Of a DNA stretch of 64,000 nt, positions 1 to 8,566 are shown one piece after another. The stretch's first letter is position 1. Every line of letters begins with the position of its first letter. The notes beneath the pieces were generated by a model. The model made no database searches. It saw only the letters and a list, made by a program, of their open reading frames with translations, and was not told where the DNA came from. The position numbers were made by a program, and so were the translations under genes. Origin of the DNA: Terriglobia bacterium (lineage in GTDB: Bacteria; Acidobacteriota; Terriglobia; Terriglobales; Acidobacteriaceae); contig CAWHQS010000006.1 in the NCBI GenBank assembly GCA_963831565.1, positions 32,156 through 96,155 on the forward strand. Reading direction: 5' to 3'.

Positions 1-56
1 ACTCCGCATGACCGCTCGCAAGCGAGCGGTCACGCTGCGCTCAGGATGACAGCCCG

Positions 57-1664
57 TTATTTCTTCAGGTCTTTCAGAATCTCGCGGGCCGCGTTGGCCC
101 CCGAGCCGCCGGTCAGTCCAGCCCCGGGATGCGTGCCCGAGCCGCACAGGTACAGATTCTGGATCGGCGTGCGATAGCGTGCCCAATCCAGCAGCGGACG
201 CATGGTGAAGAACTGATCAAGTGAGAGTTCGCCGTGGAAGATGTGCCCACCCGTGAGGCCGTACGTCTCTTCCAGGTCCTGGGGAGTGATGATCTGGTGA
301 CTCGAGATCAGCTCGGGCAGATTGGGCGCGTATTGCGCGAGCGTCTTGACCACCGTGTCGCCGAGCGGGACACGCTGCTTTTCCCAGTCGCTGCCTTTTA
401 GTTTGTAAGGAGCATATTGCATGTAGATCGACATCACATGCTTGCCCGCGGGAGCGAGCGAGGGATCGGTGAGCGATGGAATTGCGACTTCGAGATAGGG
501 TTGCCGGGAGAAATTTCCGTACTTGGATTCGTCGAAGGCGCGTTCCAGATAGTCGATTTCCGGTCCAATGTGAATGCGGCTGCTCAAGGCGCGGTCGTGA
601 TTCTCGCCTTCGAGGGCGGTGAATTTGGGAAGTCCGGCGAGCGCCAGGTTTACCTTGGCCACTGTGCCCGGCATGCGATAGTGCTGCAGCTTCATGACGA
701 AATCGGGCGAAAGCTGTGCCGGATCAACCAGTTTCAGCAGGGTGCGTTTAGGATCCGCATTCGAGATCACCGCTTTGGCGGTAATTTCTTCGCCATTCGA
801 AAGCACGACCCCGCTGGCGATGCCGTCCTTCACGCGAACTTCGATGACTTCGGCGCCGCTGCGAATCTCGGCCCCGGCCTGCTGCGCCGCGGCGGCCATG
901 GCCTGCGTGACCGCGCCCATACCTCCGCTAGCGAACCAGGACGTACCCGCCGCGTGTTCGTCTCCGGCGGCGCGGATGAGCAGAACCAGGCTACTGCCCG
1001 CGGACCATGGGCCCAGGAATGTCCCGAAAATTCCACGTGCGGCAATGGTGGCGCGCAGCAGTTCAGTCTCGAAATATTCTGCTACCAGATCAGCCACCGC
1101 CATCGGTCCCCAGCGCAGCAGGCGGTACATGTCGCGTCGCCCCAGTTTGCGCAGGGCGCGCCCGGTATTGAGCATTCCCCACAGATCGCCTGAACTGGGA
1201 TTGTCGATGTCGGGCGGGACCAGGGTAAGCGCCTTGCCAATGACGCGGCCCATTTTCGCCAGCGAAGCCTGGAACTGGGGATACCTGGTCGCATCCTTCT
1301 GGGAGAACTCCGCGATCTCCTGGGCGGCTTTTTCGGCGTCGTTGTAAAGAATGAGAGCACGGCCGTCGGGTGACAGCGAGGTCACGGCGACATCCGTCTT
1401 GATCAGGTTGAGGCCGTGCTTTTCCAACTGCATGGCTCGCACGATGTCGCGCCGCAGCGGTCCCGCCGAGTGCGCCAGCGTGGAGCAGCGGAAGCCGGGA
1501 TGGAATTCCTCCGTGATGGCTGCGCCACCAGGTTGCCCGCGGCGCTCCAGCACCAGCGGCTTGTATCCGGCTTTAGCCAGATAGAAGGCGGTGACCAGCC
1601 CGTTGTGACCGCCGCCAATGATCACGACGTCGCGTTGCCCAGGCACGTTCGCTTTTCGAGACAT
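57..1664 (-). CDS. NAD(P)/FAD-dependent oxidoreductase, phytoene desaturase (CrtI)-like family
   Basis: ORF 57..1763 (-). It has the N-terminal dinucleotide-binding motif VVIIGGGHNGLVTAFYLAKAGYKPLVLERR. Start trimmed to the ATG (MSRKANV) at 1664, 2 nt after the stop of the upstream paralog. Family call is by motif recognition only. Confidence 0.8.
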   Translation of the reverse strand: MSRKANVPGQRDVVIIGGGHNGLVTAFYLAKAGYKPLVLERRGQPGGAAITEEFHPGFRCSTLAHSAGPLRRDIVRAMQLEKHGLNLIKTDVAVTSLSPDGRALILYNDAEKAAQEIAEFSQKDATRYPQFQASLAKMGRVIGKALTLVPPDIDNPSSGDLWGMLNTGRALRKLGRRDMYRLLRWGPMAVADLVAEYFETELLRATIAARGIFGTFLGPWSAGSSLVLLIRAAGDEHAAGTSWFASGGMGAVTQAMAAAAQQAGAEIRSGAEVIEVRVKDGIASGVVLSNGEEITAKAVISNADPKRTLLKLVDPAQLSPDFVMKLQHYRMPGTVAKVNLALAGLPKFTALEGENHDRALSSRIHIGPEIDYLERAFDESKYGNFSRQPYLEVAIPSLTDPSLAPAGKHVMSIYMQYAPYKLKGSDWEKQRVPLGDTVVKTLAQYAPNLPELISSHQIITPQDLEETYGLTGGHIFHGELSLDQFFTMRPLLDWARYRTPIQNLYLCGSGTHPGAGLTGGSGANAAREILKDLKK

Positions 1665-1666
1665 GC

Positions 1667-3271
1667 TCAGGCCGCTCCCTTGAAGTCTTTCAGAATTTCG
1701 AGCGCCGCCAGCCTGCCCGGACCGCCCATGATGCCGCCTCCGGGATGGGTCGCGGATCCGCACATATATAGGTTTTTGATCGGAGTACGGAATTGCGCCC
1801 AGCCCGGCACCGGACGAAGGAAGAAAAGTTGTTCCAGGGAGAGTTCGCCCTGGAAGATGTTGCCTTCACTCAAGCCGAACTCACGTTCGAGGTCGAGCGG
1901 CGTGACCACCTGGCGATGCAGGATGATGTCCTTGATATTGGGCGCGTACTCGGCAATGGTGTTGATCACGTTGTCGCCGAACGCCTCCTTCTGATCGTCC
2001 CAGTTCAGGCCGGGGCGCAGCTTGTAGGGCGCATACTGCACGAAGCAGGACATGATGTGCTTGCCTGGTGGCGCGACCGACGGGTCGGTCAGCGTGGGAA
2101 TCACCATGTCAATGTAAGGACGGCGCGAGAAGTTTCCGTACTTGGCGTCGTCGTAAGCGCGCTCCATATATTCCACACTGGGTGATATGGAAATGGCGCC
2201 GCGCAGGTGGGCCCCCGGTCCGGGTATGGCCTTGAAGTTCGGTAGCGCGTCGAGCGCCAGGTTCACTTTGCCGGAAGAGCCGCGATACTTGTAGCGGTTC
2301 ACGTCTTCCAGAAATTCCGTGGGCAGCGTGCCGGACTCGAGAAACTTCGTGAAGGTCATCCGGGGATCGACGCTCGACGAGATGATGTCCGCATAGATTT
2401 CATCGCCGTCGGAGAGTACTACTCCCTTGGCTTTGCCGTGCTTCACGATGATCTGCGCGATTGCCGTCTTGGTGCGGATCTCAGCCCCGGCTTCGCGGGC
2501 GGCGTCGGCAATGGCGTTTGAAATTGCGCCCGTGCCACCGCGGGCAAATCCCCACGACCGGAAGGCGCCGTCGATCTCTCCCATGTAGTGATGCAGCAGA
2601 ACGTAGGCCGTTCCCGGCGAGCGCACGCCCAGGAAAGTTCCGATGATGCCCGAGGCCGACATGGTGGCCTTCAGCACATCGGTTTCAAACCACTGGTCCA
2701 GGAAGTCGATGGCGCTCATGGTCATCAACTGCACCTGGTTGTATTTGTCCTCGCTGGTCATGCCCTGGAAGCGGCGGCCGATGAACAGCAGTTTCATCAG
2801 TTCTTTGGGATTGAGCGTCGCGGGATCGGGCGGAACCATGCTCAGGATCGGTTTCACGAAACGGCACATGGCCTGCATGGCCTTACCAAACTCGTCGTAG
2901 GCCTCGGCGTCAACTTTCGAATGCCGTGCGATCTCGCGATGCGTTTTGCCGTGGTCGTTCACCCGCCAAAGGTAGTCACCGCTCGGCATGGGTGTGAACG
3001 TTCCGTCGAGCGGGAGGATTTCCAGGCCATGGCGGGGCAAGTCGAGATCGCGAATGATCTCCGGCCGCAGCAGTGAGACCACGTAGGAGCAAACTGAAAA
3101 CTTGAATCCGGGAAAGACTTCCTCGGTGACGGCAGCGCCGCCGAGCACGTGACGGCGCTCCAGCACCAGGACTTTCTTGCCGGCGCGCGCCAGATAGGCG
3201 GCGGTGGTGAGGCCGTTGTGGCCTCCTCCGATAATGATTGCGTCGTATTTCGAGTTGCTGCTGGAAGCCAT
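1667..3271 (-). CDS. NAD(P)/FAD-dependent oxidoreductase, phytoene desaturase (CrtI)-like family (tandem paralog)
   Basis: 534-aa ORF with motif YDAIIIGGGHNGLTTAAYLARAGKKVLVLERR. It is colinear with the downstream paralog (for example DPSVAPPGKHIMSCFVQYAPYKL versus DPSLAPAGKHVMSIYMQYAPYKL). Confidence 0.85.
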   Translation of the reverse strand: MASSSNSKYDAIIIGGGHNGLTTAAYLARAGKKVLVLERRHVLGGAAVTEEVFPGFKFSVCSYVVSLLRPEIIRDLDLPRHGLEILPLDGTFTPMPSGDYLWRVNDHGKTHREIARHSKVDAEAYDEFGKAMQAMCRFVKPILSMVPPDPATLNPKELMKLLFIGRRFQGMTSEDKYNQVQLMTMSAIDFLDQWFETDVLKATMSASGIIGTFLGVRSPGTAYVLLHHYMGEIDGAFRSWGFARGGTGAISNAIADAAREAGAEIRTKTAIAQIIVKHGKAKGVVLSDGDEIYADIISSSVDPRMTFTKFLESGTLPTEFLEDVNRYKYRGSSGKVNLALDALPNFKAIPGPGAHLRGAISISPSVEYMERAYDDAKYGNFSRRPYIDMVIPTLTDPSVAPPGKHIMSCFVQYAPYKLRPGLNWDDQKEAFGDNVINTIAEYAPNIKDIILHRQVVTPLDLEREFGLSEGNIFQGELSLEQLFFLRPVPGWAQFRTPIKNLYMCGSATHPGGGIMGGPGRLAALEILKDFKGAA

Positions 3272-3567
3272 CTGGACCTTTAGCGCCGGGCGCTGAATTC
3301 AATTCGCAGGGATTTTAACAGGAATGGCCGGAAGCTGAGCGTATCGCGAATTCCCGTCCACGGAAAATGCTGGAAGGAGGTCAGAGGCCGCTTTTGAGGA
3401 CGGCCCAGCTCAGCATCGCGTTGGTGGACGAACCCATCATCGTGCCCAGTGGAAGACGAAATTGATTGTATCGGGAAGCGTAATCTTTGTCAGCCTGACT
3501 GCGAGTCAGGTGCAAGGAATTGCTGCGAACGATCAGGACTGCATATAATCCAGCACGAGCAGGTTTC

Positions 3568-3635
3568 CTCCGTCTACTCCGTGTCCTCTGTGGTTATTAG
3601 AGTTTTTAACCACGGAGGACACTGAGGACACGGAG
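3568..3635. repeat. CCACGGAGGACAC-type palindromic element, copy 1
   Basis: The left arm is CTCCGTGTCCTCTGTGGTT (3577-3595) and the right arm is AACCACGGAGGACACTGAGGACACGGAG (3608-3635). They form a ~19-bp stem with a 12-nt loop. The element ends 1 nt before the TTG at 3637 and 16 nt before the preferred TTG start (3652) of the GcvT-like gene. Confidence 0.7.
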
Positions 3636-3651
3636 ATTGAAGGAGCTGCCT

Positions 3652-4851
3652 TTGCCAGTCGGAACCGCGTTTCACGATAGAACTTTTCCGCTTTGCCAGA
3701 GCCTGAACTACCGCGAGTGGTCGGGCTACTACGCGGTCAGCGTTTATGAAGTGCATCACGAGCACGAGTACAACGCCATCCGCAATGCGGCCGCGCTCAT
3801 CGACATCTCGCCGCTCTACAAGTATCTGATTACGGGCAAGGACGCCACCAAGCTGGTCAACCGCATCATCACGCGCGATATCTCCAAGGTGAGAGTGGGC
3901 CAGGTCATTTATTGCTGCTGGTGCGACGAACAGGGAAATGTGATCGACGATGGCACCATTACACGTTTGGAAGAGAACAAGTATCGCTGGACCGCCGCCG
4001 ACCCCAGCCTGCGCTGGTTCCGGCAAAACGGTTTGAACATGGACGTCCAGGTCGAAGATATTTCGGAACAGCTCGCCGCGCTGGCGTTGCAGGGGCCCAC
4101 GTCCGGCAAGCTGTTGAAGGCGGTTGTTGAAGCCGCGGACATCGCCAATCTCAAATACTTTCGCATGGCGCGGGGCAAGATTGGCAACGTTTATGTGGAC
4201 ATCTCGCGCACCGGATACACCGGCGATCTGGGTTATGAAATCTGGGTCCCGTGGAACGATGCGGTGAAGGTCTGGGACGCGGTAATGGAAAAGGGCAAGC
4301 AGTTCGACATTCACGCCGCCGGAATGCTGGCGCTGGACGTGGCCCGGGTTGAAGCCGGCTTGCTGCTGATCGAAGTGGATTACACCAGCGCGAAGAAAGC
4401 GCTGATCGAGTCGCAGAAATATTCTCCTTACGAACTGGGCTTTGGCAAGATGGTCCACCTGGAGAAGGAAAATTTCATCGGCAAAGCGGCGCTGGTGAAG
4501 CAGCAGAAACAGGGTGTACCGCGGCAATTCGTCGGCCTCGAAATTGATTGGCCCGAGGTCGAAGCGCGCTACGAAGAATTCGGCCTTACGCCGGCCGCGC
4601 CCAGCCAGGCTTCGCGCGTGGCCGTCCCTGTATATCTGGGCGAAAAACAGGTCGGCAAAGCCACGACTACCACTTGGTCGCCAGTGCTGAAGAAGATGAT
4701 CGCACTGGCCAGCGTGGACACAGCGCACTCGCAGATCGGCACCAAGCTGCAGATGGAAATCACCATCGAAGCCATGCGCCAGCAGGTGACGGCGAAGATC
4801 GTGAAGATGCCGTTTTTCAATCCGGAGAGGAAGACGGCGACGCCGGTGTAG
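3652..4851 (+). CDS. aminomethyltransferase (glycine-cleavage T / GcvT-like) family protein
   Basis: ORF 3637..4851. The GcvT-type N-terminus (AFHDRT...NAAALIDISPLYKYLITGKDA) and the TGYTGDLGYEIW motif are present. I prefer the TTG at 3652 (MPVGTAFH) because AAGGAG at 3640-3645 lies 6 nt upstream. TTG at 3637 is the alternative start. Confidence 0.8.
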   Translation: MPVGTAFHDRTFPLCQSLNYREWSGYYAVSVYEVHHEHEYNAIRNAAALIDISPLYKYLITGKDATKLVNRIITRDISKVRVGQVIYCCWCDEQGNVIDDGTITRLEENKYRWTAADPSLRWFRQNGLNMDVQVEDISEQLAALALQGPTSGKLLKAVVEAADIANLKYFRMARGKIGNVYVDISRTGYTGDLGYEIWVPWNDAVKVWDAVMEKGKQFDIHAAGMLALDVARVEAGLLLIEVDYTSAKKALIESQKYSPYELGFGKMVHLEKENFIGKAALVKQQKQGVPRQFVGLEIDWPEVEARYEEFGLTPAAPSQASRVAVPVYLGEKQVGKATTTTWSPVLKKMIALASVDTAHSQIGTKLQMEITIEAMRQQVTAKIVKMPFFNPERKTATPV

Positions 4852-4859
4852 CCTTATTT

Positions 4860-4928
4860 ACCACGGAGGCACAGACACACGAAGAAAAACAGAAAGGTCT
4901 TTCTCCGTGCCTCTGTGCCTCCGTGGTG
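4860..4928. repeat. CCACGGAGG-type palindromic element, copy 2 (between convergent genes; possible bidirectional terminator)
   Basis: ACCACGGAGGCACAGACACACGAAG ... CTCCGTGCCTCTGTGCCTCCGTGGTGAT. It lies between the stop at 4851 (+) and the stop at 4930 (-). Confidence 0.7.
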
Positions 4929-4929
4929 A

Positions 4930-6414
4930 TTAAGGCCGTTGTTCCCCCGCTGCCCTTTTCTTCCCTGCCCAATAGATCCATGCACCAATCAGTACCAGCA
5001 AGCCCGATAATCCCACAATCTTGATCACCGCCAGCAGCTTGTTGGGTTCGTCCGGCTGTGGGATCAGAGACAGTCCGATAGTGAAGATCGTCGTCATCAG
5101 GCCCACGATTGCGACCATCCGGGCCACCACCTTGCCGCCAGGCACGCGGATCACGTCGGGCCCCGCGGGTTCTTTCTGCAACTTGAACATAGCCCCAAAC
5201 AAGTACAGAAACGGAATGAAATAAGTGATCACGCCCATGCTGACCAACACGTCGTAAGCGCCCTTGATGCTGGTGCCGGCCTGTCCCAGAAAGACAAACA
5301 AGGAGCCAAAGATAAACTGGGTCAGCAGGCCGACCCACGGCGTCTTCCAGCGAGGATGTAATGCGCCGAATGCGGGCGGCAGAAAGCGATCGATCCCAGC
5401 CACAAAAGGCAAACGCGCGCCGGCAGCGAGATACGCGCCGGCTGCGCCCACGTTGCTGAGCGTGATCAGCAGCGCGGCCAGAGGAATTACGCCTTCGAAA
5501 CCGACACGCTCCGAGGTCTTCGAAATCGCCTGCATCAATCCCTGCAGGTTGCCGACTTCCGCCGCCGGTAGTGCCACCAGCACGCTGATCGTCCCTACGA
5601 TGTAGCAGAACGTCACCGTCACGCCAGCGGTCAACAGAGCCCGGGGAATGGCGCGGCGAGCGTTCTTGATTTCTCCTCCCATGATGGACGCGGTCTCCGA
5701 TCCGGTGACGGCATAGATCAGCACCGACCAGAAGATCATGTCTTTGAGCTGCAAACCTGGTGTCATGGAATGCAGCGTGAACGAAGTGGCCGCGCCATAG
5801 CGATGCCAGGCCACCGCTCCCATAGCAACGATGATCCCGACCGGGATCCACATGGCGAACGCGCCCAGGTTGTGCAGCCACGTGCCCACGTTGAGCCCAT
5901 AGATATTGAGCAGCGTAGCCAGCGCGAGCGCGAGCAGAGAGAAAACGATGTAGTACGTCGTGTTGTTGGAGAAGCGCGCCCAGTCGTGTCGGATGTAAAG
6001 CGCGTTGCTGGCGGCGAAGTACAGCACGGCAGGGAAGTAGGGAAGATTGCAAGCCCAATATGTCCAGGCCGTGATGAAACCCGCAAAATCGCCGAACCCG
6101 CGCTTCGCCCAGACATAAATCCCGCCCTCCTCCGGGTAACGCGATGAGAGTTCGAGGACGGAGAGCGCGAGCGGAGTGTAGAACACCAGAAAGGCGCCGA
6201 TCCAGATGATGATCGAACTCGGCCCGGCAGCGGCGGCGGTGGCGATCCAGCGCAGGCTGACGCCGGTGACCACATAGAACAGCACCAGGTCGCGAAAGCC
6301 CAGGACCGGTTTCGGCTGGTTGGTATTTTCTAAATCGGCGACGGAAGCGGTGTGGGCGCTTAAGGTCGGTGGGTCGGAGGCTGGTCCAGTTTCATCCACT
6401 CTTCGTGTACGCAA
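4930..6414 (-). CDS. APC-family amino acid permease
   Basis: 494-aa polytopic membrane ORF with the typical APC N-terminal region (LSVLELSSRYPEEGGIYVWAKRGFG). The start is uncertain; the ORF track uses TTG. Confidence 0.8.
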   Translation of the reverse strand: MRTRRVDETGPASDPPTLSAHTASVADLENTNQPKPVLGFRDLVLFYVVTGVSLRWIATAAAAGPSSIIIWIGAFLVFYTPLALSVLELSSRYPEEGGIYVWAKRGFGDFAGFITAWTYWACNLPYFPAVLYFAASNALYIRHDWARFSNNTTYYIVFSLLALALATLLNIYGLNVGTWLHNLGAFAMWIPVGIIVAMGAVAWHRYGAATSFTLHSMTPGLQLKDMIFWSVLIYAVTGSETASIMGGEIKNARRAIPRALLTAGVTVTFCYIVGTISVLVALPAAEVGNLQGLMQAISKTSERVGFEGVIPLAALLITLSNVGAAGAYLAAGARLPFVAGIDRFLPPAFGALHPRWKTPWVGLLTQFIFGSLFVFLGQAGTSIKGAYDVLVSMGVITYFIPFLYLFGAMFKLQKEPAGPDVIRVPGGKVVARMVAIVGLMTTIFTIGLSLIPQPDEPNKLLAVIKIVGLSGLLVLIGAWIYWAGKKRAAGEQRP

Positions 6415-6599
6415 TCAGGTGGCTGTGAACGTAAGAATGCCGGTCAACCAGTACAGCGGATTGTCCCCTTGGCGATAAGCGGAGGGTAAGTCCCTAAATT
6501 CTCCGGGTACGAGAAAAGATAGGGCGGTTCGCTGGTCAGGTGATTGTAGAGACATCGCGAGCATATGCCAACTGAGTTAGCTGCCTGACTTCCGGGGAT

Positions 6600-6721
6600 G
6601 CGTCATCCTGAGCCCGGCTCCAGCCGGGTGAAGTATCTGGCATGCGTTGGACCCGCGGCTTGCGTACACACGTACGCGTCCACGCGAGATGCTTCGGGGC
6701 TGAGGCCCCTCAGCATGACGC
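6600..6721. repeat. 122-bp element bounded by 13-bp inverted repeats (GCGTCATCCTGAG / CTCAGCATGACGC) with nested palindromes
   Basis: The ends match 12/13 as reverse complements. Internal hairpins are CCCGGCTCCAGCCGGG, GCGTACACACGTACGC and GGGGCTGAGGCCCC. Half-sites (GCTCAGGATGAC) recur near 40 and 26385. Confidence 0.55.
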
Positions 6722-6743
6722 CTCCCTCGATGATTGAAATGCA

Positions 6744-8168
6744 TCAGGACATGCGCGCCGAATTTCTGCTCATGCGCTTCCAGTACAAATATCCAGGCAC
6801 GCCGATCGACACGATTGCTGCACCCCAGAAAGCTTCGGCTGGGCGGGTGACGATGGTGTTCAGCGTCCATGCGCCTCCGATGATGACGTAGAGCGCGGGC
6901 AGCCAGGGATATCCGGTGCAGCGGTAGGGGCGGGGAAGCTCGGGGCGCTTCCAGCGCAGGATGAACAGGCCGATTACGGTGAGCGTATAAGAGAGCACCA
7001 TGCCGAACATCACGTAGGTGTAAAGCTGGTCGTAACGTCCGCTCAGCGTGAGCACCGCGCCCCAGATGCCCTGGCCGATCAGGCTGAATGCGGGCGTTCT
7101 CCATTTGGGATGGACTTCCGCCATCTTCTGGAAGAAGGCGCCATCGCGGGCCATGGCGAAGTACACGCGCGCGCCGCTCATAGTGCAGCTGGCCATGGCG
7201 CCGAAGCAGGACACCGCAATCAGCGCCGAGAGCCACACGGCGGCCGCGGGAGAGAATAAAGCAACCGCGGCGGCATGCGCGATGATTTCGTGTTTCGCGA
7301 TTTCGCCCATCGGCAGCGCGTAAACGTATGTCATGTTCATCGCCATGTAAATGATACCGACCGCGACGACTCCCAGAACCATCGCCCGGGGCACGTTCCG
7401 CCGCGGATCTTTCACCTCTCCCGAAACCCAGGTGATGTAGACCCAGCCGTCATAGGCCCAGAAGACTGCAATCAAGGCCACCCCAAACGCGGAGATCAAT
7501 TGTCCCGAAGTCAATCCCAGGTTGAGGCTTTGTCCCGGTGCGGCTGAGAAGTGATGCCAGTCGCCCTTGCCGATGGCGAAGCCCAGAATTACGAAGGCAG
7601 CCATGGCAGCAAACTTCGCCCAGGTGGCGAGATTCTGCAGGATCGTGCCCCAACGCAGCCCCACCACGTTGATCCAGGTCACGATAAAGATGGCAACCAG
7701 CGCGACCACGTGGGCGCGGGTGAGAACCACTCCGGCGGCGGCGAAGATGACATGCTCCGGGGAAATCGCCGGCACAATTCCGCCCAGGTACGCCGCCGAA
7801 GCCACCGAGAGTGCCGCGATAGTGCCGCCGTTGGCGACGCTGAACAGCATCCAGCCGTAGAGGAATGCGGGCAGGTCTCCGTAGGCTTCGCGCAGATAGA
7901 CGTACTGCCCTCCGGAGTCAGGAAACATCGAACCCAGTTCGGCGAAGGCGGTGCACCCCAGCAGCGAAATGCCAGCGCCCAGAATCCAGACCAACAGGAA
8001 GAGCATGGGATGGGGCAGCGGGCCGGCAATGTCTTTCGCGGTCAGGAAAATCGAGGAGCCGATGATGCCTCCGCACAACAGCAGTACGGAGTCGAGCAGG
8101 CTAAGCCCGCGAACCAGGCTGGGCGATTCGGACTTCGCGCTGGAGGGAGAGACGGAAGGCAGGCTCAT
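6744..8168 (-). CDS. APC-family amino acid permease
   Basis: ORF 6744..8171, polytopic, with AFAELGSMFPDSGGQYVYLREAYG. The first codon in the track is TTG, and the ATG at 8166-8168 is the likelier start. Confidence 0.85.
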   Translation of the reverse strand: MSLPSVSPSSAKSESPSLVRGLSLLDSVLLLCGGIIGSSIFLTAKDIAGPLPHPMLFLLVWILGAGISLLGCTAFAELGSMFPDSGGQYVYLREAYGDLPAFLYGWMLFSVANGGTIAALSVASAAYLGGIVPAISPEHVIFAAAGVVLTRAHVVALVAIFIVTWINVVGLRWGTILQNLATWAKFAAMAAFVILGFAIGKGDWHHFSAAPGQSLNLGLTSGQLISAFGVALIAVFWAYDGWVYITWVSGEVKDPRRNVPRAMVLGVVAVGIIYMAMNMTYVYALPMGEIAKHEIIAHAAAVALFSPAAAVWLSALIAVSCFGAMASCTMSGARVYFAMARDGAFFQKMAEVHPKWRTPAFSLIGQGIWGAVLTLSGRYDQLYTYVMFGMVLSYTLTVIGLFILRWKRPELPRPYRCTGYPWLPALYVIIGGAWTLNTIVTRPAEAFWGAAIVSIGVPGYLYWKRMSRNSARMS

Positions 8169-8171
8169 CAA

Positions 8172-8333
8172 TTATCCCATTCCCAGTTCATCGGGAGATT
8201 CCAGCGGAGTTCCGCAGCGCCGGCAGATAACCGCGGAACAGTCGCCGCAGGTAAGAGGGTCGGTAACTTCCTGGCTGCACCGGGGACAGTAGAGTGGCTC
8301 CGGGTCAGGCTCCGGCTGCGGGGTTGAGCTCAT
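8172..8333 (-). CDS. small zinc-ribbon protein (53 aa), hypothetical
   Basis: Hand-translated; it is below the ORF-track cutoff. The sequence is MSSTPQPEPDPEPLYCPRCSQEVTDPLTCGDCSAVICRRCGTPLESPDELGMG, with three CxxC pairs. Its TAA stop (8172-8174) directly abuts the permease start region. Confidence 0.4.
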   Translation of the reverse strand: MSSTPQPEPDPEPLYCPRCSQEVTDPLTCGDCSAVICRRCGTPLESPDELGMG

Positions 8334-8566
8334 GAGGATGGCAAATGTAGCATATGTGCGTCACCGCGAACCACGTTCGTTCTCGAACCACGCTCGCCTC
8401 GAACTACGTAGGCCCGGACGCCTTCGTCCGGGCGGGCGAGCGAAGCTCGCCTGGCTTTTGGGGAATGACCGGTCACGGGGAAGCAAAACTCCCGCCGGGC
8501 CCTGCCCGGCTGGGCGGACGAGGGCGTTCGACCCTGCGTGGGCATCGATGGCGTTAAGATAATTCC

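Noticed and set aside
9-32. Hairpin TGACCGCTCGC-AA-GCGAGCGGTCA downstream of the first gene, considered as an intrinsic terminator
   Set aside because: There is no U-tract on the relevant (minus) strand and the loop is minimal. It may still be a stabilising 3' hairpin, but it is not supportable as a canonical terminator.
3272-3651. Possible glycine riboswitch upstream of the GcvT-like gene
   Set aside because: I could not find the conserved glycine-aptamer core features. The region is dominated by the CCACGGAGG palindrome. An Infernal scan would be needed to exclude it formally.
3574-4728. 384-aa minus-strand ORF antisense to the GcvT-like gene
   Set aside because: It lies completely inside a plus-strand gene that has clear family motifs. 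Its translation is Arg/Gly/His/Leu-rich with no recognisable domain. This is a typical shadow ORF of high-GC DNA.
4817-6058. 413-aa minus-strand ORF overlapping the APC permease in another frame
   Set aside because: The alternative frame (4930..6414) gives a coherent 12-TM-like permease. This frame gives Arg/Gly-rich low-complexity sequence.
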